Below the pieces are notes generated by a model that was not told the origin of the DNA, did no database searches, and saw only the letters and a list, made by a program, of their open reading frames with translations. From a virus: 64,000 nucleotides of DNA. The DNA lies in the IMG/VR virus record IMGVR_UViG_3300031707_000005, positions 1-64,000 of that record; one strand, given 5' to 3'. Shown here one piece after another: positions 37,034 through 46,865 of this stretch (positions are counted from its first letter, which is position 1; the number at the start of each line of letters is the position of its first letter). The translations under genes were made by a program, and so were the position numbers.

Positions 37034-37942
37034 CTAAGGACTTACCGTCAAACTACAAATGAGGGTGATTGGACCGTTAGAAGCATTCGGAGACGACACG
37101 AGAACGGTCTCCGTATATACCCCAGGGGATAACGGAACACCGGAGTTTATGACCGAGAAAGTGACCGGAGAAATAGCCAAAGACGCCAGCGGACCGACCG
37201 CCGTAGGAACAAACTGAAGCCATGGACTTCGGTTTTGAACCTTCGCCAGGGTGGCGTTCAAGATGGACCCGGCAGGACCAGAGTTCGAAATTTGGACCTG
37301 TTGAGAACCACCAGACGTCGCAAAACCTATTGAATAAGTCAGGTTAACCTGTGTAATATCCGTAAGAATTGCGGGTTTCGGTAAAACCGTCGCGTTAAAG
37401 TTATATACGATAACAGTTGCCGGTTGTCTATTATCTTGAAGAGTTATATGACCAGTATAGGGAGAACCCGTAGATAAAAGAGTTGACGGAACAATTTTAA
37501 TACTAAATTGTCCTTGTTCGTTCTTGTTCAAACCGGAAACAATAGATGGGTCAGATTGAAGCCACGGAACATCCGGGGTTGCAATGGCTGTAAGAAAAGA
37601 CCCGAAAGCACCGGAATTTTGGAAAACAATCGTAGCGATAGATGAGGAGGCATCACCTTCTGTAACGGTTATGGAGATATTCAAATTGGACGGAGATATG
37701 ATCGAAAGAAGAGGAGCAAGTTGTTGTTGAACTTGCTGAAGCGTATCAGCCATGGCCAGAACGATATCTCCCGGAAGAGGTAATTCTACATCAGAAAACC
37801 TCCCGAATGGAGACATAATATCAATAACCCTATATAGCTGGTTGGACCCGTGCACATTGTCCGCCTGAACGGTCCAATACCACTTACCACCAACAGAGTT
37901 CAGGTCGAAAGTAAAACCACCCGCTGATATATTAGACGCCAT
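37034..37942 (-). CDS. BACON/Ig-like domain protein
   Basis: Two repeats N.G..GS.L.A....PWLQ..P with G.YT..I/V. Confidence 0.65.
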   Translation of the reverse strand: MASNISAGGFTFDLNSVGGKWYWTVQADNVHGSNQLYRVIDIMSPFGRFSDVELPLPGDIVLAMADTLQQVQQQLAPLLSIISPSNLNISITVTEGDASSSIATIVFQNSGAFGSFLTAIATPDVPWLQSDPSIVSGLNKNEQGQFSIKIVPSTLLSTGSPYTGHITLQDNRQPATVIVYNFNATVLPKPAILTDITQVNLTYSIGFATSGGSQQVQISNSGPAGSILNATLAKVQNRSPWLQFVPTAVGPLASLAISPVTFSVINSGVPLSPGVYTETVLVSSPNASNGPITLICSLTVSP

Positions 37943-38032
37943 AGTTATCTAGGCATAACGTCGAAAAAGAAGCTCATTAAGTATGGATGAAGGTCACGGA
38001 ATAAAACCGAGTCCCGTACATCCCGATCGGTG

Positions 38033-38806
38033 TTATCCAGTAATAGTGAGGATTTGAGCATCCCCTCTATCCCTGAATTGCGGTAAAGATACTTCATGCA
38101 GTATATTGAAGTGCTTATCAGATATGGCGAAGTAAACAGTCCAATACTTACCGAATCTAGAGTTATTGATCGCATCATCAACAGCTCTCTCAGCTGTGGC
38201 GATTTCTTCAGCACTTCGACCATGTTTTCGAAGCATTTGAACTTGAACTTGCTTTTCGCGAGCTTCCTCGGCAATGAGGTCCTTAATTTTCTGAAGAGCT
38301 CGAAAGAATCTATGTCGAACACGACCCTGTGTCAAATTCATTTGTTTAGCAATTTCTGATTGACATGTAGTTTCATACATACGCCAGAGAATCTCACGAT
38401 CTTGATCACAAAACTTGGATCCGAGCTCAAGTTCGAACTGATCACGATCAAGCTCCGGAATAGTGCGCAAAAATTGAATACGCTTAATTCCTCTATGTAG
38501 ACGATATGAAACGGCAGCTTGAGTGATCCCGAAAAGTTTCGCGATCTGCTCTTGTTTCATTTTATCTTTATGATATAAACGGATCAAATCCGCTTCTCGA
38601 GGCGGAATCCTATCTAGATATCTAGATATAGCATCAAAATTAAGTGAATTACCTTCTGTAGCAAGGTCTTCTTCAACCTCTGGGGCGAGGTTATGTTCAA
38701 TCAGACTTTCAAGGTCATCTGAATCATGATCATATCCGAGACGATCCTGATTGCTAAACCTCGAAGAAAGACTACTCGGATCCTGAATCAAAATATGGGT
38801 CGACAT
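38033..38806 (-). CDS. Protein with two tandem sigma-70 region-4-like HTH domains
   Basis: LDRIPPREADLIRLY..MKQEQIAKLFGITQAAVSYRLHRG and DREILW..QSEIAKQMNLTQGRVRHRFFRAL. Confidence 0.75.
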   Translation of the reverse strand: MSTHILIQDPSSLSSRFSNQDRLGYDHDSDDLESLIEHNLAPEVEEDLATEGNSLNFDAISRYLDRIPPREADLIRLYHKDKMKQEQIAKLFGITQAAVSYRLHRGIKRIQFLRTIPELDRDQFELELGSKFCDQDREILWRMYETTCQSEIAKQMNLTQGRVRHRFFRALQKIKDLIAEEAREKQVQVQMLRKHGRSAEEIATAERAVDDAINNSRFGKYWTVYFAISDKHFNILHEVSLPQFRDRGDAQILTITG

Positions 38807-39066
38807 TGCTCTCCATGTGATATTGGGCCGGGCCCATGAGGTATCCAGTATTCGTATTGATCTAGCGGGGTTCCGCGGTTTGTATACGTATTTGTCTGAA
38901 TATCTCGGCGGAGAGCGGTATGAACCGATGCCTGAATTACATTACCAAGTGAAAAAATAAGAAGTTTTCATAGTTTAGTCATTATAGTAACCGATTATGT
39001 ACGAGTTAGGAATACATGACTTTTATACGTGCCATGCTGATCAGTGACGGGCTAGTATTTTCAGTG

Positions 39067-40137
39067 TTATATATCAGATAACCATGAATCCATTGGAATT
39101 GATTCAGGAATTGATGGAGCAATTGATGGAGCAATTTGTGTTCCGGTCCTAAATGGTGCTATGTCTATGGATAACATTCCGAAATCTTGACGGATGATAT
39201 CAAGAGCTATTTGAAAATCTTGACGTCCAGCTTCTCTAAGAAATTTAGGTAAATTAATTTCATTATCAAATCCGACTAAGTCATAATTAAGAGTTACACG
39301 ATCACGTAGAGCAAAAGACTTTTCTCGTTCTGATGCAGACATTCCAGGAAGACCACTGGAGTATAAGTCATCAATGCTTTTGTGATGACATAAAGCAGCA
39401 GCAACTTTCTTCCTGAGTCTATCGACACCGTGTATTCCGTCAGATGAATCACCGCAGAGAGCTTTAAACATACGAACATGAGCTGGAGGAATTGCCGGAT
39501 GTTTACCATTATTCATTCGAGCCCAGTGCTGAGTGGACTTATCAGCATCGAAAAATCTGTCCCCGTCAAGACCAGGGACGTAGCAAGCTACACGAGGATC
39601 CACGAGAAGCTGAAAAAAGTCCTTATCGGCGGATACAATCACCCGAATGGAATCGGGATGAGACTTACAAAAACTAGCAATAAGATCATCTGCTTCTTCT
39701 TCGGGATGATGATATATATCACACCCGAGAAGAGAAAAAATATGAGCGACAATGTCAACTTCACATGTGGCCGCATAACCATCCTTCAAAATCTTATCAA
39801 ATCTAATTCCCGTGGAAGACGGATCAACAAGCTTCAAACCACGATTCGACGCCTCATCTCTATTTGATTTATATGTTGGATCAAGTTCTTTTCGTCGTCT
39901 TGAATACCCATCAAAAAACACTGATATTTTGGTTATATCTGGAATAGAGTATAGCCAATTTGAAAGCATGGAAAGAGAACCGAAAATAACTCCGGTCGGA
40001 TAACCGCCCGGACCAGAAAGAAGGGGTTCTCCACGACCAAAACGAGCCTCTACATATGCATAATAAGCTCTATGAACAAGATTGTTCCCGTCAACAAGCA
40101 CATGACGTTCAGTCTCTTTACCACCAACACGTCTCAT
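39067..40137 (-). CDS. 5'-3' exonuclease / flap endonuclease (PolA N-terminal family)
   Basis: LVDGNNLVHRAY, FFDG, YKSNR, EADDLIA, SADKDFFQL, ALCGDSSDGIHGV. Confidence 0.92.
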   Translation of the reverse strand: MRRVGGKETERHVLVDGNNLVHRAYYAYVEARFGRGEPLLSGPGGYPTGVIFGSLSMLSNWLYSIPDITKISVFFDGYSRRRKELDPTYKSNRDEASNRGLKLVDPSSTGIRFDKILKDGYAATCEVDIVAHIFSLLGCDIYHHPEEEADDLIASFCKSHPDSIRVIVSADKDFFQLLVDPRVACYVPGLDGDRFFDADKSTQHWARMNNGKHPAIPPAHVRMFKALCGDSSDGIHGVDRLRKKVAAALCHHKSIDDLYSSGLPGMSASEREKSFALRDRVTLNYDLVGFDNEINLPKFLREAGRQDFQIALDIIRQDFGMLSIDIAPFRTGTQIAPSIAPSIPESIPMDSWLSDI

Positions 40138-40748
40138 TCTTCAATTGCTTTCAGATAAGATACAGGAAAGTCTATCAAAATCGGTTTACTCTTTAATTTT
40201 ACATGTACCTGAGCATTTTCTCCATCCTCATGTACATATGATATTTCAGCTTGAAGGCCCTTAAAGTTTCCTTTAACAATTTTAACATACTGACCTTCTT
40301 TAAAGCTCCCAAGTTTGAGAGTTTGCATACCGACTCTCATCGGAGCAATATCTTTGTCATCAAGCAGAGAAAATACCTTTCTGCGTTCTCCATTAATAGT
40401 ACTTGTTTGAATCAATACGGTGCTGAAATACATGGTATCAACAAGTTTCAAATATTGAACACCATCTTCATGACGAATGAAGACATACCCATCCATATAA
40501 AACATGGTTTGAGATTCGTCTCTAACATTCTGAGAAACTGCCGGAACAAAAACATCAAGGGGTTTACCAAGTATTCGGTGAGCAGACCGAGTGATCGATT
40601 GAATATTTTTCTCACGTTCACCAAGAGAAGTAAGTTGAACGATGACCCATTTTATGGGAGCAGAAGGAGGAATTGAAGAAGTCTTAGTCTTAGTTTTAGA
40701 CCCTGACTTCAATTTATTAGTTTTATCTGATTTGAGTGTTTTGTTCAC
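40134..40748 (-). CDS. NusG/RfaH-family transcription elongation factor
   Basis: NGN domain (KWVIVQL, VFVP, GYVFI) plus KOW FKEGQYVKIVKGNFKGLQAEI. Confidence 0.82.
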   Translation of the reverse strand: MNKTLKSDKTNKLKSGSKTKTKTSSIPPSAPIKWVIVQLTSLGEREKNIQSITRSAHRILGKPLDVFVPAVSQNVRDESQTMFYMDGYVFIRHEDGVQYLKLVDTMYFSTVLIQTSTINGERRKVFSLLDDKDIAPMRVGMQTLKLGSFKEGQYVKIVKGNFKGLQAEISYVHEDGENAQVHVKLKSKPILIDFPVSYLKAIEE

Positions 40749-40783
40749 AAAACACTCTACCCATCAGTTCATTACGGAAGTTG

Positions 40784-42223
40784 TTATTTAACGGTATTTC
40801 CTGTCATTCTGTTTATGAAACCACGTGAAAATTCTTTCTCAGGAAGTGGTATCTTAGATTTGTCTAATTCCGTATTTGCAGTTATGGGCACGGACTGCTG
40901 AGGTGTATGGACGCTAGGTTCTATTTTATGATCTAATGATGTTAACTTTTCATCATGAGTAAATTTAATACCATCAATCTCAAGCGGTCTCTTAGATGGA
41001 GGATCAGCTTTCATAGGAATAGGTTTCAATGCGGGAGACGCTGTCGGAGTTGAAGACTCAACTGGAGCGGATCTCAATTGGACTAATGGCACTACCAAAC
41101 TCGTAAGACTTTGAACTACTGCAGGAATAATTACAGGAACCGGAACCGGAACCGGAACCGGAATTTGCTGTTGATGCTCAGACGCGCTAAAAACTGTCGC
41201 ATCAACAGATGCGGTTCCAGTCGATATTATGGCAGCCTCGATATCATGCGATGTCGGACGATCAAGAGCACCGAGAGCACGAGCAAGATCACCCCAACGA
41301 AGTCCTCGAGCAGGGAAGAAATTTGAGTTGACTGGGTAAGTGGCTTTAGCTCCGACAGCGACACGAAGAGAACTTGAAATGGCTGCAACCATATTATCAC
41401 GAACCCAAGTCACACCATCATGAGAAAAAAGAATATCAAGGTCTTCAAAAGCTGTAGATGGGTCAGAGTCTAATCTTGAAAGAACATTAACAAGAAGTTC
41501 CATGGAGCCATACCGAAATAACTCTTTTACGAGTCTGTCTGTAACTCCACCAATTATGCGAAGCGTATCAAGAGATGTGAGACATGTGCGAGGGCAGCAT
41601 TTATTATGTCTCGCAACAGTGTTTAAAGCTTCCAAGTCATACTGAATATTTTCCGCTCTACAAACAAATTCAAGTTTAGAAACAATTTCCTTTTCAGAAG
41701 GAGGAGATACAGGATACTCCTCCAAACGAGAGCGAATGGCCTCTCCAATCTTATGCGGTTCAGTAGTACAAAAAATAATTATAAATCTTCGGTCTTCAAC
41801 TGCTTTCAAAAGAGCATCTTGAGCTGCTTTAGATAAACGTTGAGCCTCATCTAGGATGATGACTCTTGTTTTCCCATCAATAGACCCATATTCTAGGTCA
41901 TCAATTATAGATCGTATGCGGTCAACCGTTCCCTGCGTAGCAGCATCAAATTCATCCATGCTTGATGATGAATCATGGACGACAGACTCGCATGAGTTAC
42001 ATACGCCACATGGTTCACCATCTTGTATATCATCGCACACTATTGCCATGGCAACAATGCGAGAAAGGGACGTTTTACCACACCCCTTCGGTCCACTAAA
42101 CATGATAGACCGACCAGCAAGTGTACCGGTATGTGATCTACGGAGTAAAAGATTTACAACCCCGGAGTTCCCGACTACGTCAGAAAACTTCCGAGGTCTA
42201 TACTTTAAGTCTAAAACTTCCAT
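40784..42223 (-). CDS. dnaX: DNA polymerase III gamma/tau clamp-loader ATPase
   Basis: KYRPRKFSDVVG, GPKGCGKTS, C..EPCGVCNSC, IILDEAQRLS, TTEPHKI..IRSR. Confidence 0.92.
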   Translation of the reverse strand: MEVLDLKYRPRKFSDVVGNSGVVNLLLRRSHTGTLAGRSIMFSGPKGCGKTSLSRIVAMAIVCDDIQDGEPCGVCNSCESVVHDSSSSMDEFDAATQGTVDRIRSIIDDLEYGSIDGKTRVIILDEAQRLSKAAQDALLKAVEDRRFIIIFCTTEPHKIGEAIRSRLEEYPVSPPSEKEIVSKLEFVCRAENIQYDLEALNTVARHNKCCPRTCLTSLDTLRIIGGVTDRLVKELFRYGSMELLVNVLSRLDSDPSTAFEDLDILFSHDGVTWVRDNMVAAISSSLRVAVGAKATYPVNSNFFPARGLRWGDLARALGALDRPTSHDIEAAIISTGTASVDATVFSASEHQQQIPVPVPVPVPVIIPAVVQSLTSLVVPLVQLRSAPVESSTPTASPALKPIPMKADPPSKRPLEIDGIKFTHDEKLTSLDHKIEPSVHTPQQSVPITANTELDKSKIPLPEKEFSRGFINRMTGNTVK

Positions 42224-42273
42224 GAGTTAAATTACACTAACTGAATCGAAGTTAGACCATATATGTAGAGAGA

Positions 42274-42816
42274 CTAACGATCTTGCAAAGAGTTTCCGAG
42301 TTCGACAAGCTCGTTATTCCATCTACCGTAACGTTCTGCAATTTCCGAAAACTCCTGAATCTGAGGAGGACGAATGCTATATCTCATCTCACCGGATTTT
42401 TCATCTTCAGTTCCGACGCACCGTGTAAGAAGATGATCAACGAGTGCATGGCGTTGATTAGGTTGCATATTATTCCAAACTTCAAGAGCTACAGTCATGA
42501 TGAAATGCGCTTCTTGGTTATCTTCATGATTACTTGAAAAGTACGAACGTGAGATATGGGCTTCAGTCGGTGTAGCTTTCTTCAAATGTCCAGGGACAAG
42601 TTTTCCAGCAGACTTCGCAGCCTTATTACGACACAAATAAATGATGTTGGCACTAGCGAGCTCAGGGTGATGTTTCGGGATAAGTCTTTTCGCTATTTCC
42701 GCAACAGTGTCCGAGTCACCAATGATAAGTGGCTCAGGGGCAACTTTTTCTTTCTTACCACGAACAGCGTCATTTTCTTGTTTCATTGTCAGTTCATCTT
42801 GAATACGTGCAGTCAT
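42274..42816 (-). CDS. Phage putative-metallopeptidase-fold protein, degenerate active site
   Basis: IAKRLIPKHHPEL..ANIIYL, FIMTV..EVW, ALVDHLLTRC (HExxH lost), EFSEIAERYGRW. Confidence 0.6.
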   Translation of the reverse strand: MTARIQDELTMKQENDAVRGKKEKVAPEPLIIGDSDTVAEIAKRLIPKHHPELASANIIYLCRNKAAKSAGKLVPGHLKKATPTEAHISRSYFSSNHEDNQEAHFIMTVALEVWNNMQPNQRHALVDHLLTRCVGTEDEKSGEMRYSIRPPQIQEFSEIAERYGRWNNELVELGNSLQDR

Positions 42817-43601
42817 GTTCTCATTATCTCCTTGAAATGTCGCCTAAACTTATCATCCCCGATTTTTTTCCAAATATCACCAGCATCTTTACCGGCTCCA
42901 GGGATACCATATTTTACGTCAACAATGTCGAAATCAAACCCATGCTGATGAATGAAGCTTTGCGCACCCTTCCTACCAGCTGAATCCAAATCGAGACACA
43001 AATAAATACGACGAACAAAACGTTTTAAAAAACGAACTTGAAATGTACCGGCACCAGCAGTAGTAAGAGCAAGAACGTCAGGGCGAATAAGACGTTCCAT
43101 TATGAGTTGATCCCCCGGACCCTCAACTAGAACAACTTCTCGAGAGGACCAAATAGACTCCATGTTCGGACCGATACCAAAAAAGTACCCCTCTGGACGC
43201 CTCTTTAAAGCAAATGTGTCATATTCTTTTCGATCAAGAGATCGAATTTGAAAACCAACAGCTTTACCGGAGTATGAAGTAAGAGGAAATACGACACCGC
43301 CAGTTATGCGACGGCCAACATGTCGAGTTTTCTTTGATCCTTCTTCAGGAGCTTCCCACACCGCAGACCAGTTTCGATAATGACAGGAGTCACACCAAAG
43401 GTGTTTCTTTTCCCAATCACTACATACTTCATTATGACCCTGGTCGTGTGTCGGATCAACGTCGAATTCACCGCCAACAAATCCGAGTTTATGCTTCGAC
43501 CATTGTTCTTTCGATATACCACGACCAAGAAGATACTCTTGAGCACGTTCGGAGTTTTCGAGATGGCCATTCGCCCATTCAATGAACTGTTCTACGAACA
43601 T
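42813..43601 (-). CDS. DnaG-type primase catalytic (TOPRIM) core
   Basis: EYLLGRGI, VVFPL, GFQIR, LVEGPGD, LDLDSAGRKG, KDAGD. Confidence 0.85.
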   Translation of the reverse strand: MFVEQFIEWANGHLENSERAQEYLLGRGISKEQWSKHKLGFVGGEFDVDPTHDQGHNEVCSDWEKKHLWCDSCHYRNWSAVWEAPEEGSKKTRHVGRRITGGVVFPLTSYSGKAVGFQIRSLDRKEYDTFALKRRPEGYFFGIGPNMESIWSSREVVLVEGPGDQLIMERLIRPDVLALTTAGAGTFQVRFLKRFVRRIYLCLDLDSAGRKGAQSFIHQHGFDFDIVDVKYGIPGAGKDAGDIWKKIGDDKFRRHFKEIMRT

Positions 43602-43602
43602 A

Positions 43603-44220
43603 TCATTTACGGGGACAAAACGCGATACTATGCTTAATGTTGTGAAGCACAATACTTGACTTACCACCTAGAATTTGAGTATACATCCCAACGAAATCAG
43701 GTCTCGATAAAAAAATCGGGAATTTCACCCCACACTGTTGAATGCGACATGTTTTTTTATATACAGAAACCGTATCACGTGTTCCATCTGAATTAGAAGG
43801 AGTTGATCCATGAGTCAAATTAGATTTCCCGGCCCATTTTTCAAGTTCTTTCTGACTCCAAGATAATGGAACTAGCACACAGTGAGGCTGTGCCTCGGTC
43901 CCACTCTGCTTTTGTAACCAGTTAAATGCAGACTCTGATGTCTTATGGATATTATCCCATTTTTCACTAAGAGAAAGCTCATAAGCCGCATTCATAAGAT
44001 CGGGAATAATCTCATCTAAGCGATCAGAGTCATACTTAAAAACACCAGATCTTATCATCCCGTCTACAAGTTTTCTTGCAACACTAAACTTCGGCGTTGA
44101 TAAACTTACAACAGCCGGTAAAAATGATGGCTTTGCTGGAACTTCAATCCAAAAGATCGTCCCGTCAACCCCACGTTTGTACTTATGAAGATCGTGATCA
44201 AGTATTCGAAGAAGGATCAT
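43603..44220 (-). CDS. Hypothetical protein
   Basis: 205 aa ORF in the replication operon. Confidence 0.6.
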   Translation of the reverse strand: MILLRILDHDLHKYKRGVDGTIFWIEVPAKPSFLPAVVSLSTPKFSVARKLVDGMIRSGVFKYDSDRLDEIIPDLMNAAYELSLSEKWDNIHKTSESAFNWLQKQSGTEAQPHCVLVPLSWSQKELEKWAGKSNLTHGSTPSNSDGTRDTVSVYKKTCRIQQCGVKFPIFLSRPDFVGMYTQILGGKSSIVLHNIKHSIAFCPRK

Positions 44221-44773
44221 CCCAAAGGTCCTTTGGAAGAGATGGAAGAGGGACTGTCGCGGACGGTTTTAGCACACGAATAAAGAAACATTTAACCCAC
44301 AGAACAAAACGTTCCAAGTTGGTTAACGGAACTTCGTGAATACGCTCACCTAAAACCCATTGAAGCGTCGCAACATCCCTATAGTTATTGAAAACATATT
44401 CATCGTTAGCAACGAGTTCAAGAAATTCATCTTTAGCAGTCTGAGCGTCTACTCTCGGTTTGAACATTGAACATGATTTAGCAATATCATCGGAGTCACA
44501 CATGGATCCTTGCCATTTATTGGAGTCAGATCCATACATGCAAAGATGAGTTACATCTTGTCTTCCGTGAAAAACAACAAGAGTAACCTGATCTCTCGGA
44601 GCTATGGGCATTTCAATGGACTTAGTCCGAGTATACGGAAGATCCCGAGTTTCATGAACTTCGTTAAAAACGCAGTTCAGATGTTTCCTTTCTTGAGAAG
44701 CACTAGCGTATTTATTTGCATATCTAACACGCAATTTCCTAAGACGTTTCTCTATATCTTCCTGATTTTTCAC
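44198..44773 (-). CDS. Hypothetical protein with Cys cluster
   Basis: 191 aa; overlaps both neighbours. Confidence 0.6.
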   Translation of the reverse strand: MKNQEDIEKRLRKLRVRYANKYASASQERKHLNCVFNEVHETRDLPYTRTKSIEMPIAPRDQVTLVVFHGRQDVTHLCMYGSDSNKWQGSMCDSDDIAKSCSMFKPRVDAQTAKDEFLELVANDEYVFNNYRDVATLQWVLGERIHEVPLTNLERFVLWVKCFFIRVLKPSATVPLPSLPKDLWDDPSSNT

Positions 44774-45414
44774 GTTACGTCTCCGGATCCACCGGATCTA
44801 ATCCGCTTAAGTTTTAGGCTACCGTCTTTATGACCTTCATATGCCACATGAGCATGAGATATGAATTCCGGATTATGGGTAACCATTAAGATATTGATCC
44901 CGGTCTGTTCCGATAACTGACGCATAAAATCAGCACAAGAAGGAACATATCCATTCCAAAGAGCTGCCATTGACTCATCAAGCAAAAGAAGATTCCCCAT
45001 ACCCATACGGGCCATAACGGCGAGTCGAAGTACTAAAGAAATAACGACAGCAGCACCACCACCAAATGACGCAAGTGGATCACCCTCATTCCCATCTTCC
45101 TCAACTATGAAACGCATAGCTAAACGATTCTTTTGAGGGTCTTGGCGAATATGGAAAGATAACTCTTGATCACCAAGGACATGCCTCAACCCCGTAGTAG
45201 CCAGTTGAGCGATGGAGTTCACATTCTTGTCAAGAGAGTCTTCAAGCCAAGTTTTGAAAACTTCAGTACACTTCTGATGTAGATCAGCATTATATCTGAG
45301 ACTTTTTTCTAAAGTTTCAGCAGCATCGGCTTGAGAGACAAGAATGTCCCTGTACGCTTTCAACCTGGAAACATCATTTCTTAATTGCTTCAGACGATCT
45401 AGTGACGTCATCAC
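44770..45414 (-). CDS. SbcC/Rad50-like ATPase, C-terminal half only
   Basis: Coiled coil, signature SFGGG, Walker B LLLLDES, H-loop ILMVTH; no Walker A. Confidence 0.8.
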   Translation of the reverse strand: MMTSLDRLKQLRNDVSRLKAYRDILVSQADAAETLEKSLRYNADLHQKCTEVFKTWLEDSLDKNVNSIAQLATTGLRHVLGDQELSFHIRQDPQKNRLAMRFIVEEDGNEGDPLASFGGGAAVVISLVLRLAVMARMGMGNLLLLDESMAALWNGYVPSCADFMRQLSEQTGINILMVTHNPEFISHAHVAYEGHKDGSLKLKRIRSGGSGDVT

Positions 45415-46541
45415 GTCCCTCTTTCTTTCATCGCCTGTAGAAAATGCCGTGAACGAACACTAAAAACTTTCACTCCAAGTTTTTTAGTGTCACATATTTC
45501 TAAAATTGTCGGGGATATTTTATGTTGAAACCTAAACAGAATTTTTTCTGATTCAGTATATGAGATAACCCCAGCAAGTATATCCGCCGGGAAATCCGCA
45601 GACATCGAGTCACCAGATAAAAATGAAATAGGAAGACTGGAAACTTCTTGACCATTACATGACATAGTCATGGAGCCATCAGACATCTTAAAAGAAACGC
45701 GACGAGTTCCCTCACGAGCCATGTTAGCCCACTGAAGAGCTTTAACTAATTGCGATCTATCAACTTCAAATTCAACGCCATACCCATCATCTGGAAGAAC
45801 TTGAAGAGAAGGTTTATTACAGGAAATTCGACTAAATGATATAATTGACCCTGACTTAGGATCAGATAAAAACATCTTTGTTCGGTCCTGGCCGATTACA
45901 ACATCATCCCCAGATGATTTTGAGCAAAAAGCTCGCATAACCGGAAGATCATCTGATACAATGGATAGCTCGAGAGCAAGGTCATCCATATATGCGACCG
46001 TTGCATAAGTACGAGCATTTGAATAACCGCACTTTTCAGTCGGATAAAAGTGAACTTGATTCACTTTTCGGTCTTCATCTGTTTTCGTTTTTTTAACTAA
46101 TGCAGAACACGAAAGCTGATGAAGAAGCTCTTCAAATTTTTTCGCGGAAACAGAAGAACCAGACATGGACGGCTTAGGTGACATTGGTGAGCGTCTAGCC
46201 GAATCGACACGTTTTTTAACAACAGCTTGACGAGTTTGGCCATCACCATCAGCTTTAATCGTTAAACCTTTGTCATTAACAGATAATGTAACTTTAGTGA
46301 GCTCACTATCAAAAAATGCAGACCTGTCAACAGACAAATAAAAATCGTCAGAAGAACTTCCGTCTGAGTCCGATGACTGAGATGAAACAACGGCATGAAC
46401 CTGACGACGTCGGTCTGTTGAATTAATCCAAAGATCGTTACCAACAACACGAAGAACATAATCTCCAGACATCGGGCGAACCAATTTCACCATAGCAAAA
46501 CCACGACGTAAATCGTCGGGAAGAAAAAATAACTTCGTCAT
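45411..46541 (-). CDS. Sliding clamp (DnaN beta-like, divergent)
   Basis: 376 aa three-domain size; FEVDRSQLVKALQWA domain-3 pattern; clamp-loader genes in the same region. Confidence 0.6.
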   Translation of the reverse strand: MTKLFFLPDDLRRGFAMVKLVRPMSGDYVLRVVGNDLWINSTDRRRQVHAVVSSQSSDSDGSSSDDFYLSVDRSAFFDSELTKVTLSVNDKGLTIKADGDGQTRQAVVKKRVDSARRSPMSPKPSMSGSSVSAKKFEELLHQLSCSALVKKTKTDEDRKVNQVHFYPTEKCGYSNARTYATVAYMDDLALELSIVSDDLPVMRAFCSKSSGDDVVIGQDRTKMFLSDPKSGSIISFSRISCNKPSLQVLPDDGYGVEFEVDRSQLVKALQWANMAREGTRRVSFKMSDGSMTMSCNGQEVSSLPISFLSGDSMSADFPADILAGVISYTESEKILFRFQHKISPTILEICDTKKLGVKVFSVRSRHFLQAMKERGT

Positions 46542-46542
46542 A

Positions 46543-46842
46543 CTATAAACTTAATTCTTTCAACATTGGCTTGAGAATAATCTCAGCCGCGTCAAGATCT
46601 GCTTCATAATTGTCAAGTTTAATCTTAAATACTTCTTTTGCTCTACGAATATCTTCCTGAATCGTATCAGGGTCCCAGTTATTCTTCTTACATTCTTCCA
46701 TTATGCTCTTGAGAGTACGTTTATTCTCAACCTGAGCAGCATCGATTCTTAGCTTTTCTTGAGTAAGTATACTTCCTCTCTGAGATAAAGTTTTATATCT
46801 AGACTCAAGTTCTTCCAAACTTTTTTCAATTATTTGTGACAT
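46543..46842 (-). CDS. Small coiled-coil protein
   Basis: 99 aa heptad pattern; SD GAGGAG. Confidence 0.65.
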   Translation of the reverse strand: MSQIIEKSLEELESRYKTLSQRGSILTQEKLRIDAAQVENKRTLKSIMEECKKNNWDPDTIQEDIRRAKEVFKIKLDNYEADLDAAEIILKPMLKELSL

Positions 46843-46865
46843 GTTTCTCCTCAGGCCATCTTACA

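Noticed and set aside
38807-39066. tRNA or known riboswitch in the long intergenic gaps (also 1875-2082)
   Set aside because: No cloverleaf or recognisable aptamer consensus by eye; an Rfam/Infernal scan would be needed
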